From NCBI GenBank assembly GCA_905331295.1, contig CAJNYD010000069.1, forward strand, positions 248,001 to 312,000: 64,000 nucleotides of DNA, in the 5' to 3' direction. Below the pieces are notes generated by a model, which saw only the letters and a program-made list of their open reading frames with translations, did not search any database and had not been told where the DNA came from. Position 1 is the stretch's first letter; each line of letters starts with the position of its first letter. Positions 41,983-64,000 of this stretch are shown here, piece after piece. This DNA comes from Rotaria socialis (taxonomy: Eukaryota). The translations under genes and the position numbers were made by a program.

Positions 41983-44822
41983 TCATTCAACATGAATTTC
42001 ATTAGTGGGCGATGATAGTGTTGGAGACGAAAGCATAGTCGACGAAGAACGACATTGCGTTTTAGTATTATTTGTTGATTGAAATAGGCAAGGTGTTGAT
42101 TGACGAAGATGATGATTAGATTGAAAAGTTAAGGTAGAATAAATACCGGCGGAAGAACTTAAACGTTGATTTTCATGGTTAGATAGTGAAGAAGATAAAC
42201 TTTCGTCTTCACTATCTTCATAGTCTATTCGAGTGTGATCTGTTGATAGTGATTGTCTACGAGTCATTGGATGCATTAAACGAAGACGCATTACCTTAAA
42301 TAATCAAACGTAGAAATAAGAGCAATTCGTTTTTTTTCCTAGATAAATTTCGAGTACAATGAAAAAAAAGATATTAATTAGCGAAATAGCATTTTATTCT
42401 CATTATATTTACTTTGTAGAACATAGCAAACCTATATTTTCAATAGGTAATGAATTGCTACGTTTTAAGTAGTATAGTTCTGACTGTAACAAATAACTAA
42501 TTATCCGTAACGTAAAATATGCATATTTAAATACAAACCTCGTCTTGCATTTCAAGGAGCTTCTCTTGTATATCTCTATCGCCCATGATTTGACTACGAG
42601 TAATTAGTTCTTGATTCTATATTAAATGGACGTAAAAAAAAAGAAAAATTATTAATGCGGAAAATTTTTCGTTTTACTTGAACTTCAAGTTCAGCTATTC
42701 TTTGACGTAGATCACCTAGGGCTTGAGTATTTTCTGCTTCTCGAATACGTAACATCATGGAGTCTTCTTTTTGCTGAAAAATAAAGACAAACGATTGATG
42801 AGAGAGCATTTCTTTGTCTTCATGCTTACTCTCAACACTCCATCGGTTATTTGGTTTCTAATTTCATTTAATTGTGAACGTAATTCATTCTCACGTACTC
42901 GACTTTGATCAAGTTCATGACGTATGCGTTGCATTTCGTCGTCTTGCCGTTTTATTTGATTATGTAAAACTTGTTTTTGCGTTTCAATATCCATAAGTTT
43001 CTGTGAAAGAAGTTTATTTTCACAATCGGTTTGCGCTTCACGCATTTTCAATGCTATTAATTCATGCGCTATTAAATCGTATGCATCATGATTGACACTG
43101 ATGTTGTTTGTTTCTCGAGCGATTTTACATGTACTATCATGTAATTGCCATTCACGATTTAGATCAGCTATACGTTGTCGGAGTTCATTCAAATTTACTT
43201 GAGCTTCAGCATCCCGCATTTTTACTAGAGTTAATTCTTCTTGCAATGATGCTAGTTCGGAATTTGGCGTCGATTGTAACCGACGGTTTTCCTTAAGAGA
43301 TTAGCGAGAGAGAAAATATTATATAACAATAGAAAAATGTCTAATAAACTTACTGCGCTCAATCTATTAACTGTTTCTTGAAGTATTTCTAATTCATTAT
43401 CGTCGGATTCAGCTATAAAATCGGATGAATCTCTAGTTTTCGTTTGCGCATAATTATTATTATTATGATTATTATTGTTGGTATCCGTGTTCAAATGATT
43501 GAGCTCTTCAATTTGTTTTTTCAAAGTACAATTTTCACGTTTCAACAGATAAGATTCTTCGGCGCACTGTGCATTCAATACTTGACCTTCAATCAGTCGA
43601 TTGGCAAGTGTAACACTTTCCTTTGAAATAATCGAAAAAACCGAAACATACAAACGACTGTTTTATTTTAATATATTATGTAGTTATAGAAAAAACAAAT
43701 TACTCCTTACTTTTTCTAAATTTTCAACTCGTTGCTTCAATAAACGATTTTCATTTCGTAGTTTCTATTTAAAAGAAAAGAAACAGTAACAACAAACATG
43801 AATAACGAACACGAACGCGACTCGTTCAAAACAAAGCAATTAATCTAAAGTACATACACGAATTTCAATTTGTTTTTCTTGTTCTTCTTTACGAATAATG
43901 CTGTACTCTTTTTCTAATCTTATATTGAATAAAAAAAAGATGGAACAACATTTACAATAAACTTAATATAATCAGCATAATCATTCATTTACTTACTTTT
44001 TCATTTTTTTCCCATTATATTCCAGTGTAAATGCGCGTTGAAATAGTGCTTCATGATTTATTTCATCTTTAAGGGGTATTTCCTTTTGAAAATACTAAAA
44101 TATAATTAATGACAGGTTGATTAATAGTCTTCTTCTGTTTTTTTTTCTTTTTGAATGGTACAATATGATTGGTATCTTATGAAAGCCAAACGTGCACTTA
44201 TTTATAGACAACAAGGCCATAAAATTGAATCACATAATCAAAGGCAAGAGTTTCGAATGAAAATGTACATATATCACTCAATGATTTCTCTAACACCTTG
44301 CGGGTGAGTAGATTACCGTTATGCAAGCAAATACCTTTTTGTTCCTCGCAATAGTTAAAATGGCTATTTTTTCAAGTTTTATTTTATTTTTTATTCTGTT
44401 CAGAGAATTCTTCTTCGTTTTTTTCTTCTTCAGGATATTTATTGTTATGAAACTTACGGATGTAACAGCGGACACAGAACCTTGAACAGATTTCAAAGTT
44501 TGAGCACAGTGTTCGGCTAGACGATCTTGAACTGCGTGTAAACGACGATCCATGCGTATAAATCAATGTACGTTGATGAAGCGCAGGGATCGATGCGGAT
44601 GCCTATTTTTTCTCTTTTTTGTGAGTTGCAAATGTCTCCACCCTCGTTTGGACAGAACAAAACGCGTACACACACATACAACATGAAACCACTGCGGCAG
44701 CGGTGGTGTCATTTTATTCTCTCTTTCTCTTCTCTCGTTTTTTTCTCCCTCTCTTTTTTTATTCTATACCTCCACGAGTCGAAATCTATACGTGCGTACA
44801 CAACTGACTTGATTGAGTGCGC

Positions 44823-44853
<31 letters not shown>

Positions 44854-46623
44854 CGAAAATTCATAGGTTCTTATTATTTTCTTTCTTTTTTTATTGCGAA
44901 GCTATGCTTTTCGTTTTGAAAAATAACATATCACTATTTGGAAGGTGTAAAAAAGACGAAAGAATACACACAATGATATGACAAACAGCTGACGCACTAG
45001 TCTAAACACCGCCGCCGCCGCCGACTCATCTATTACGTCTTTGTGAAAGAAAGAAAAAAGGATGGACTATACACACATATATACAAATGACGATAGCTGC
45101 TCGATTGATTATGAAATGCACGTATGCATATGTAAGTTACTCTTTTCTTTCGAAACAATGTTCAAAAGGTTACCTTAAGCATATCTTCCATCGATAAAAG
45201 CATTAATTCATCTTGATGCATTTCAAGTAGAGCAATACTAATACGAAAGATCATTTCCATACCCTTCGTTTATAAATATACAAAAAGAAGAAAGAAAAAA
45301 AATGAAAATGTCAAACATTTGAATTTTTCGTTTATTGAATAACCTACCTCACTTAAAAATAGATCCATTGTACGACAAACAATATTGAATGGCAGTTGTG
45401 TTGTAAATAAAGTTAAAAACCAACTCGACGCATACATAGATATATTCATAGTCTCCGCTTGAAAATGCCGATAAAGTTCAGGGAGAAATTCCTAAGAAAA
45501 ATAATTGTTTAAAAAACATTTTAATATTAAAATACACATGAACAACTCACGTACTTGAATCATATATTCAAGTTGATACATGTGCAGAGCTAAATGGTAC
45601 ATATCAGATTTATACATTTTCCGCATTGAATAATCTTGCATAATCGATACTAATACAGCAAAAGCTTCTTCTTCGGGCATCTATCATAGAAAGAAAGAAC
45701 AATATATAATCCTCCATCAAAGATAAAAACGTTTCTTGATTTAACTGACATGCATAAGTAAAAGACCGACAATAAAACCAATACCTTGACAATAGCCGAC
45801 TTCACGATCGTATAATGAATAAGCCTGCAGTAAAAAAGCAAAAACATCAATAGTATATTTCTATCCAATCATACATTTTTACGTTCTAACCTTAATTACA
45901 TTAAATAGACTTTCTTGTCCAAGACCATGTTTTTCCTTAAAAAGTTCATGTTCAGGATATGTTCTTGTTATATCTCGTTGGATAACTTTTTCGCATGGTG
46001 AAGCCATTTTGATTAATTGAATATATTTAAGTTTAGCATTTGATGTTTCAACTTTAGTTAAACATTGCCAAAGCAATGGACGAAAATGAACTGGAACACC
46101 AGCTCGAATTAAATTCTACATTATAATTACAAAAAATAGATATTTGATTGTCGAATTTTAAATAATCAAATATACTTTTATCCATGTCGGATTTTGTTTC
46201 ATATATGTTGACCAATTATTGATTAATTTATTCCATATCATCCATTCGTTTTCAGAGTTATCTGGAATAAATATTTACTTATGATAAAACGATCAATTTT
46301 TCATTTTCATTGAAAATTATTATACCATTACCATCAATAGTTAAATGACTCAGATCACTAGAAATTGAATCTTGTTGTCCTTGCTTATGATGTAATTCAT
46401 ATGAATGTATATTGACTGTTGGCTTGAGAGTTGCGCTTGCGGGTGATTTCAAATCATATTCAATACGCCTTCGAGCCAAACGACAAAAAAAGAGATCATA
46501 TGAGAAATTGAAGTAGTTTGAAATGAATAGGAAAAATAAAATTATAATATCTAGTTACCGATTCTCTTCTTCAAGCCTTTTCAATAATTCAATTTGTTCA
46601 TTAGTCATATCAGGCAAATCCAT
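41983..46623 (-). CDS. EVI5: EVI5-like TBC-domain Rab GTPase-activating protein with C-terminal coiled coils
   Basis: N-terminal [22 protein letters not shown] motifs [46 protein letters not shown]. Coiled coils [32 protein letters not shown]. Confidence 0.92.
44458..44553 (-). CDS. candidate alternative first coding exon of the EVI5-like gene
   Basis: ATG plus 31 codons ([32 protein letters not shown]) ending at a consensus GTAAGT donor, phase 0, matching the phase-0 acceptor at 44094. Confidence 0.6.
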
Positions 46624-47938
46624 GGCGGATGTTTCTGTCAGGTTTAGTTAATGCATTAAGCTCTCTGAAGTGACAAAAATGACGATATATATATACAGAA
46701 TAATAACAAATTATTTAATATGTATGTATTTATGTATAAATATATTAGTGGAATAAATCGGTGCCCTAAAATGTGTAGGTGACATCATTAATGTCTACAT
46801 ACGAACATAAGCAATCGAATATATGATTAGGCGTTGTCAGGTTTTTCCTTTCCTTTTCTATTCTGTTCTCTTTTTCTTTCTTTAGCTAAAACTATGAATT
46901 AAATTTGATGTATAATATGTTGGATTATTTTTTCAGGCAAATATGTATATCTGTGTTTCTAATTGTTCTTCTTTTTTTACACGTTAGTCACGTGCTCAGT
47001 TAAAATACTGATCGTTCTGCATAGAAAGAAAATTGTTATTTGTGGCGCATAATAAACAAACTACTATACAGTCACATAAGTTATGAATAAATACTCGATT
47101 GTATTGTTTATTTGAAGATCTGCTAGACTCAAAATAATAACATATGCGTATACATTTTTTCTCTAATGGAAAAGCGATTTATTGACCGTTTTGAAATCGG
47201 AATTTAAATAAAGAAAAACAAACTTGAGTGTCAAATGATTTGTCAATATATTTCATCAAGCTTAAACATCCCTACCGTAATAGAATGGGCAACGAAGAGA
47301 AGAAAAACAACGAGAAACTTACTTGCTTCCATATTATTCCTTTTTTTCTCTACTATTTACTTTCAAACAATGCGTCGTGTTTCAGTTCTTTTCATTCCTT
47401 TACCTGAAAGAGCCTAGCTAATGCTCGTATCATGGCAATTCTTTGTCTTATTTCCTCTTTTATGTTTGCACTACCAGCAAAAAATAAAAAAGCAAACGGA
47501 GCGAAGCAAGAAAAAAGAAACGACACGTTTGTATGAATAGATAGAATTTCTAAGCAACAAGAAAAACTCATTGACCACCTTCGACTGGCGTTCTTTTGAG
47601 AATGTAGTGCTGAATAAAAAAGAACAACGACATTAGTCAACCACTAGGGTATTTGTAGTGTTCGTTCGTAGAAAAAGAATACTCGTTAATGTGCTTACCT
47701 TTCAAGGCTCAGTATGTTAATTATACCTTTTAGTATTATGTTGTTTTGATAATTATTATCAACTATATTATCTTCATCATTTTTTGTTTACTAACACGAA
47801 TCACATCATCGAAAAAGGTGCATCTGCTTAGCGTTTTCTTTTTATTATTACTTCAAAAATAAATCTTTCAAAAAAAATCCCAATTTCAGTGTTAAATTAT
47901 TAGTTATACAGTAAAAAGATAAGAATTGAAATAAATTT

Positions 47939-49658
47939 TTATTGATAAAGTTTTGTTGAATAAATAAAACCGACAAGACTAATGATGAACAGAATCGAAT
48001 GAATTGGATATTCGAATCCGCAACCATGTGGTATACCATTTTTTGGTTGTTCAGGTAAAGCAACACCAATACCACCATGATGTGCTGCTCGATCGAGTAG
48101 TAATCGCTGTTGTTGAACAAATCGTCGTGCATGGAATGCATGATACACACATGTTATTGCTCGACGAAGTCCACTGAGAGTAAAATTCTATTAGTAAATA
48201 TTCGAAATAAATAAATAAATAATACTCTTACTTTAAACATCCAATTAATATCACAGTATTCATAGTTACATGTATTCCGAGTGATTCGCCTTTTATTACA
48301 CCGAAACAAGCTAATAGAACGTACAATATTATACCGGAAAATAAACCCTTGAATAAGAAATTTTTATCTACTAGAATATTTCGTATAAGAAAATGCTCTT
48401 ACATATATTAGTCCAACAAAATTATACATAAAACAATGTGTACGATGTTGACAACATTGTTCAAGTGCTTGAATTTCTGTTTTATATTCTGCCGGAATTT
48501 CCCGTTTAACTTTCGATGAATCATTTTTTCGCACTGATTCAAATAGATCTATTTCAATTTAAAAGATTAAATAAAACTCTATCCTATAAGCATAAGTCAT
48601 CGTATACCGAATAATTCCTCGTTAATTTCTTTTGCACATTCGCCTGGTAAACCATGTCCTGCATGCTCAAGTTTAACGAGTCGACAGCCAAGTGTCTATA
48701 ATAACATTGAATAAAAGAGAAAGAAAATTTTGCACTGTTTTTTTTTCTCGATAGACGCAGACTTTTTGAATAATATATGAATTCGCTTCTCGTACAAGTC
48801 GATCTTCTGTTCCAACCATTATTAAACAATCAAATGGTGCATAACGAATTTTAAGTAAATCAGCATAACTAACATAATGTCGTTGAACAGCTAACATGTG
48901 TCCTAGTATACCAATGAGTTTTGGTGGAGTACGTTTTCTAAATCTTTCAGTATGATAATTATAAAAGATCTAAGATGATGAAGGGAGAAAACGAAAAGTT
49001 TCGGATATGTAAAAAAATTTTCTTATCGAACTTTTCTTTTTTCCGGATCATTAAGAATTTTTGGGCCATAAAGCATTGTAATAGCATTTTCAATAAGTAA
49101 ATGTTCATCACGTATGACTAAAGAACGTAGTATATGGCGAACACCAACAAATGGTGCACGGCCAGCAAGACCACCAGCGTGTGTTGCCAATAAAGTCAAT
49201 GAAAGCACTCTTTCCGGGGCTAATAAAGCAAATTCAAGTGAAATCATACCACCCATTGATACACCGATAACATGACATTTTGGCCATTTTAAATGATCTA
49301 TAAGTGCAAGAGCATCTTTAGCCATTTGTGTTGTCGTATATTCAAATGTAAATGGAGATGACGAACGACCACAACCACGATTATCATAACTAACGCACTA
49401 AATAGAAGGTACGAATTCGTTTACAACTTTTAATGAATAAAATTATTTACTTGATAGTCTGGTTGTTGACCAAAGAATTCCGTCTAAATAAAGATTACTA
49501 ATTTTTAAAAATTTCAACGCTGAACATACTTGACAACTCCAGGCACCACCATCAGTCAGTAGGCCCATAATAAATAAAATTTTGATTTGTCCAGAACCAT
49601 GAATTTCATAGTACAGTTCTAGATTTTGATTAAAAGCTGATAGTTTAACGTGAGGCAT
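47939..49658 (-). CDS. alpha/beta-fold hydrolase with hydrophobic C-terminal extension, multi-exon
   Basis: LYYEIHGSG, FIMGL, YDNRGCGRS, nucleophile GVSMGG, acid GTEDRLV, His AGHGL. Hydrophobic segments in the last exons. Confidence 0.88.
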
Positions 49659-50806
49659 ATTTTTTATTTAGATTTATCTTATTCTTACATAAGTTGATTG
49701 CTATTTTTACAGTTTACAGGTTTATTTTGACTGATAAAAAAAGATTTCTATTGGACGTATTTTGTCTCTATCAAAAGCATTGTCATATATATATATATAT
49801 ATATAGGGGGACATAGTTGTCTCAATAATTCAGTCAATACCATTCCACATTTATTGATTGGATTTCAATCAATTGTAAAATGAGATCCGTTTTTTTTTCA
49901 AGTGATCAAAATTCGATCAAGAATGATTAAAAATGACATTATAAATGGGTAATTTACATCATTTTCTGTTGAATATTTTCTATTGCCATTGAAATTGTAC
50001 GTGATTCTTTTTATAATGTCAAACGAATTATAGAACCGCTTAAAATTATAATATCAAGGTAATAGTGACTTTTTTCTGTCGTGACGAATACCTAAATCAA
50101 ATGTAAATAGTGATTTAGATAATCAATATATTCTCTTATATCGAATGTACTCCGTGTCAAAAATTCACTGTCGGAATATGTATGAAATCCATCTGAAAAA
50201 TAAAAATAAAAATTCATAATTCTGAAACCCTAATAGAAACGCTCTTGAAGGCCTTCGTGAGAAGGTCATGTACACGTAGCCATTTATAGTATGATTCAGA
50301 TGTTTCCATTGTTTCGCAATAAATTTGATGCATCACAAAACTCTAAGATTTAGGTTTTGTTCCAGAAAACTAAAGCTCATAGTTCATTGATGAAATCTTG
50401 ATATAGAGAATTTTGTTTGCGAATTGAATTCAATACTCTGCATTACACAAAAAAATCAACAATCCATGTTCTTAAAATAATAATGTACGCAGAGTATATC
50501 GTTATGAACAATTTGTAAGGTTCAAATGTTGTCTAATACATTAGCAATCGAGCAAAAAATGACGTCATGTTACTTTTAAAATAGTAGTAAAAGCAACACT
50601 ACGCACATTTGAAGAATTTCAATGGATTCTTGAGATGATAGATATGAATTGGATTTATTTTTATATTGGTAATTGATTTTTCTATTAAACATAACAAATC
50701 TTTTTTTCTCATAAATGATTGTATGATTTTTCTATAGAAATAGATTGAACAAATATTTGCTTTACAAACATGAAATTTTATTTATATACAAAAGAGAGAC
50801 TAGTTA

Positions 50807-60009
<9,203 letters not shown>

Positions 60010-63000
60010 TCTGGTTCAATAAACGATGAAGTAAAACTTTTTCAATTTAAGATGTCATGCACAGAATTTTTTTTAATTCTTCCATTCCATCGGTCATGTT
60101 ACTTCTAACAGTAACAGCCACCATTGTTCGACAAGTGTCGCTAGCAGTCCGTATGTTGAGGGCGTGAGATATTGCAATCAAGGCTATGCTTTAATTGAAA
60201 TTAAAATAGAGAGTTTAAGTTATCCGACGACGTTTTCGTATTCATTTGCGCCTGCACCATAGTACTGCAAGTAGTCTGTTGGTCAAAGCTTTTCACATCT
60301 CACTCTCACGCTTGTAATAAGTTTAAGTAACCATAATTAAAAGTTAAGACTTCAGAAACAAAAAGTTTTTAATTAGTTAAAATATGATTTTAATTTAATA
60401 TTAATACGAATTTCTTAGAGTTTATCTATACGCGTAATAATATCGTGTAACCTGCTGTGGATATAATGCATTTGCACATCAGAGTTATTTGTCAGTTAAT
60501 TGATGGTTAGACAAAACCCAATAGATAAAGAAAAGCAATGTCAAAGCGAATGACACAAAGTAAAAATAAAGCGTCAGCTGATATTATTCTTATTTAAGAT
60601 GCAAAAATAACCAAAATAGATCACTTATCTCTCAGTTGATCACTTTTGGAAACAAAACTATCACCTGCAATTTTGTTTTCGCTAAGAATGTTTTTTATTA
60701 GTGTATTATTACTAAAAAGCAGACGTTTGTATACAACATTAAAATCTGAATACAGTGAAAAGGCTTCGGTGTGTCGCGAAAAAAAACAGAAACCAGCTTT
60801 TCTTCACAGTTTATTTTTTCGTCAAGTACATATTGTGGCATATTTATCTGTTGGCACATGTTTTATGTCAATGAGAGGGGCACAATGACCTACTTTATAA
60901 ATTAGTAGAAAATGAAAAATCTTGTAAAAATAGAAACTTTAATCATATGACTTCGATATAAGAATTACGTCGAAGAATATACAGTATGAAGTGTGTTATT
61001 TACTCTTTGCGCTATATATTATGTGTGTATTTTTGGATAGAATCCAAACAAATTAACGTGTAGTGCATATTTGATTGACAGGCAAGCTCATTGTCATATT
61101 CTATGGTATTATAAATTCATAATAGTAAAAACAAACGACTGGAATGGACGACACTCATGGGACGAATAGAATGTAGAGATATGCCTAATATCATTGCAGT
61201 AGGTAGCTGTAAGCTACAATTTCATTGCAAAAAGAAAACATCTGAATAGAATTTTAATATGTCATTGTTGATTTGCTATCATGTAACGTTCATAATTTCA
61301 GTTGATTCTCTTATCAATAATAAGTAGAAGAATATTGTCATATTATAGTATGATATCGCCTTAGATGAAACAGTATTTGAGAAAGTAACGAAAAAAATCA
61401 AGATTTCAATTTTTTTCTCAACCAAAAAACAGTAGAAACGTTAGTTCTACCAAGAACACGGAAATATTTGATAAAAATCAAGTTGTTCTCTTGCTATCTG
61501 ACGCTATTTGTGTAAATAATTATAAAGAAATTTGTTGAAATTTGCTGTTTACTCCCATATTATAAACTAGACATTCCCTATAAACTCATCAGAAGTTGTG
61601 CAATCATTTGAGAATGTTTCTGTTACCCATAATCTTGTTAACGATATCAATTGCATGCGTAAGCTCACATCGTTTTTTTTCTTTTTCGGTTTGATCTTGA
61701 AAGAAACCTATAAAATTCAGAAGTATTCCGATTGTTTATTCGCTACAATGCCTTGTTATATCTATTTCAGCAAGAATAAAGGTTAAAACTCAGAAATGGC
61801 ATTTAATTTGGATATGTCTTTTTCCATTCGTTGCCGAGAAATTTATTTACTTATTCTATTCGTCGCTAATCAATACTTTCCCACATGTATTCAATGGAAC
61901 GTAACTGAATAAAAGTTGCCCATTAGTATCTCATCATATTTTCCTGCTGACTGAATTATTCAATTCGATGTAGCTGTTAATTAAAAAACATGTATCGAAG
62001 CTACATATGATTAAAAGATATTGACTTCTTCAGTATCATGCTGGCGTAATAACATATATGATTACTATTTACAGAACAAAATATCGATAGATTCCTACGA
62101 ATATTATTTCTTATCTCATATGATCTATTGCGAGAAGAAAATTTTTTGATGTTGATCAAATTTTTGTTTTTGCTGATGATAAAATGATTGCTTATGAACT
62201 TGCCGAACGTTATTATTGTTTATTAATTATATCGTTGACAACATATCTTGGTATAGATTTTATTAACAATCTAATTGGTCGTTTTATTTTCAACAAGAGC
62301 AAAAAAAAACTCATCATAGAACAGAGAAACAAATATGTCATAAGATACTTTCTTTTGTACATATTTTCTTATTACATTGTTTTCAGAAGATGTTTAAATC
62401 CGGGTTGACATGGAAATCAAGAAAAGAAATTATTGTTACTTTTGTGTATAGTGTGTCCAATGACAACATGTATTATGGAACAATCTTGAAATATAATGTT
62501 TCTCGCTTCCTGATCGTATTTCTATTACTATGCAACATCTTTCTTTTTCCTTCTGGGTATATACTCGTATGAAGGGCAAGAAAAGCGCGCGCCACCCTAC
62601 TCTGTTAATTTATTTCTTTTGATATACTTTGTACGAAAAATGGTCGATGTTAGCTGTTATTTTGTCATGGCTGTTATTGTTGTTGCTCTTTCATCGCATG
62701 CTTAAATGTCAGTCATTCATATGCGAATATGCACGTTTATATATATATGCAGATGTAAATTGTAGTTCGCTATTACGAAGAATTTTTGAAGAATTTTAAA
62801 GAGAAAAAAACTTCCTTCAGGAATCGATTAATTTATGTTTCTCTATTAACAGTAACAAACAAAAAAGACACGTGAACAGATTGAAAGAACGAAAAGAAAA
62901 CAAGCAGTGCAAATTATCAATGACAACAATACGGGTGTTGGAGCTTCATCAGGATAACTGCTTTTTCATTACATCCTTCTGTGTAGAATATGTCAAACAA

Positions 63001-63555
63001 CTAAAGATAGACAGTCAGACAAGCAGTATTGTATTAGGGAAAAAAGCCGAGTATATACACAATCATGTACTATGACGTGCGTTCCATTCTCTTTTCTCTC
63101 GATAGATAACTCACCCCTACTGGTTTTTAACTATGCAACTCAAATGACGGTGTAGCGCAATGTCAGTAATCTTTCTTTTTTTTTTGTTCTTTTCTCTCAT
63201 TTCCATATTGTCAACGTGTACATATAGATATATGCGCTTAGTGGGATTGAGAGAAGAGCGTACAAAGAGGCATATAATAAAAATACAGTCTTCTATGTAA
63301 TATATTACAGTAACTTCGGTCTATATATCAAAAAACAAAACTGCCACCATTGTTGTTTCCGTGTAGAAGAGCATTATCATTAAGGTGATCGAGAACGATA
63401 TACATATAAATCAATAAGTACCTCGATCATTTCACTTGTACATATCATTTCAATATCAGTGTCATATATCACAGTGTTACTATTATTATTATTTTTGCTT
63501 TTTGTGTATCAAAAGTATTGCTTTTCTTTAGAATAATGAAAACAAAATTTTCTTC

Positions 63556-63814
63556 ATGACGACCAATGATCAAATATCTGACGCTCCGTCAGCATTAGCA
63601 TCCTCAGCAACAGCAACTGCAACACCAAAGTATAGTACAAAAGAAAGAAATTGTAAAACAATTCCAGTAGCACCAGCGCATCGTCTTGATATTGAAGATA
63701 TTTATTCTCATCCATCCGATCCAGATGACAAACCTAATTTAGATATCCTTAAGCAACATCTTTTACTCGAAGGTCGTCTTACTGAACAAGCTGCAATTCG
63801 AATAATTGAAGCGG
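63556..63814 (+). CDS. CanA: calcineurin A (PP2B catalytic subunit), first coding exon; gene continues beyond the window
   Basis: STKERNCKTIPVAPAHRL..KPNLDILKQHLLLEGRLTEQAAIRIIEAG matches the calcineurin A N-terminus. Phase-1 donor GTAAAA at 63815. Confidence 0.9.
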
Positions 63815-64000
63815 GTAAAAGATCTTTCTTTTCTAGGATGCTTTCTGACAATTGTCATCAAGCAATTGCGCTAATAGAATAGGAGACAGACAAAAACTCG
63901 AAACCTCTATGAGTATAAACAATCGTTAATCAAAAGCTTCTTCTTTTTCACGCATATTTCTCATTAAGACTAAATTTTACAGGAAACAACAACAAAAACA

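Noticed and set aside
60095..60118. gttact...agtaac upstream of ULK4 as an RFX X-box
   Set aside because: The 6-nt spacer between half-sites is longer than canonical; plausible for a ciliary gene but not supportable by eye.
60250..60275. Minus-strand ttgcagtac...ggtgca resembling the U2 snRNA 3' loop
   Set aside because: The highly conserved U2 5' region and branch-recognition sequence are absent.
62184..62572. Two short hydrophobic + strand ORFs
   Set aside because: No recognisable domain or convincing splice linkage; AT-rich DNA readily yields such ORFs.

Overview
AT-rich eukaryotic (animal) genomic DNA with many short GT-AG introns, mostly about 50-70 bp. The intron style, an ART-like/TPR gene, an intron-bearing beta-lactamase-family gene, a divergent orphan GPCR and CCC...GGG MITEs suggest a bdelloid rotifer (Rotaria/Adineta-like); this is inferred, not confirmed by search. 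Most short ORFs in the track are exon fragments or antisense shadows, so genes were reconstructed by hand from splice signals. Gene order: partial repeat-containing two-TM protein (+), SoxB2 (-), secreted CAP protein (+), AP-2 (+), ART-like/TPR protein (+), beta-lactamase-family pseudogene (-), protein 4.1/Coracle (-), nested MITE cluster, putative neuropeptide precursor (+), PACSIN-like F-BAR lacking SH3 (+), GPCR pseudogene (-), FHL-type LIM protein (+), EVI5-like Rab-GAP (-), alpha/beta hydrolase (-), ULK4 (-) with an antisense ORF and a MITE in its introns, and the first coding exon of calcineurin A (+). The most notable observations are an antisense gene interleaved with ULK4, a probable internal first exon giving a GAP-less EVI5 isoform, an orphan furin-processed peptide precursor whose TATA-like site was duplicated by a doubly nested hAT element, and a cassette of Pro-rich microexons in the 4.1 gene. 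No CRISPR, rRNA or tRNA was recognised.
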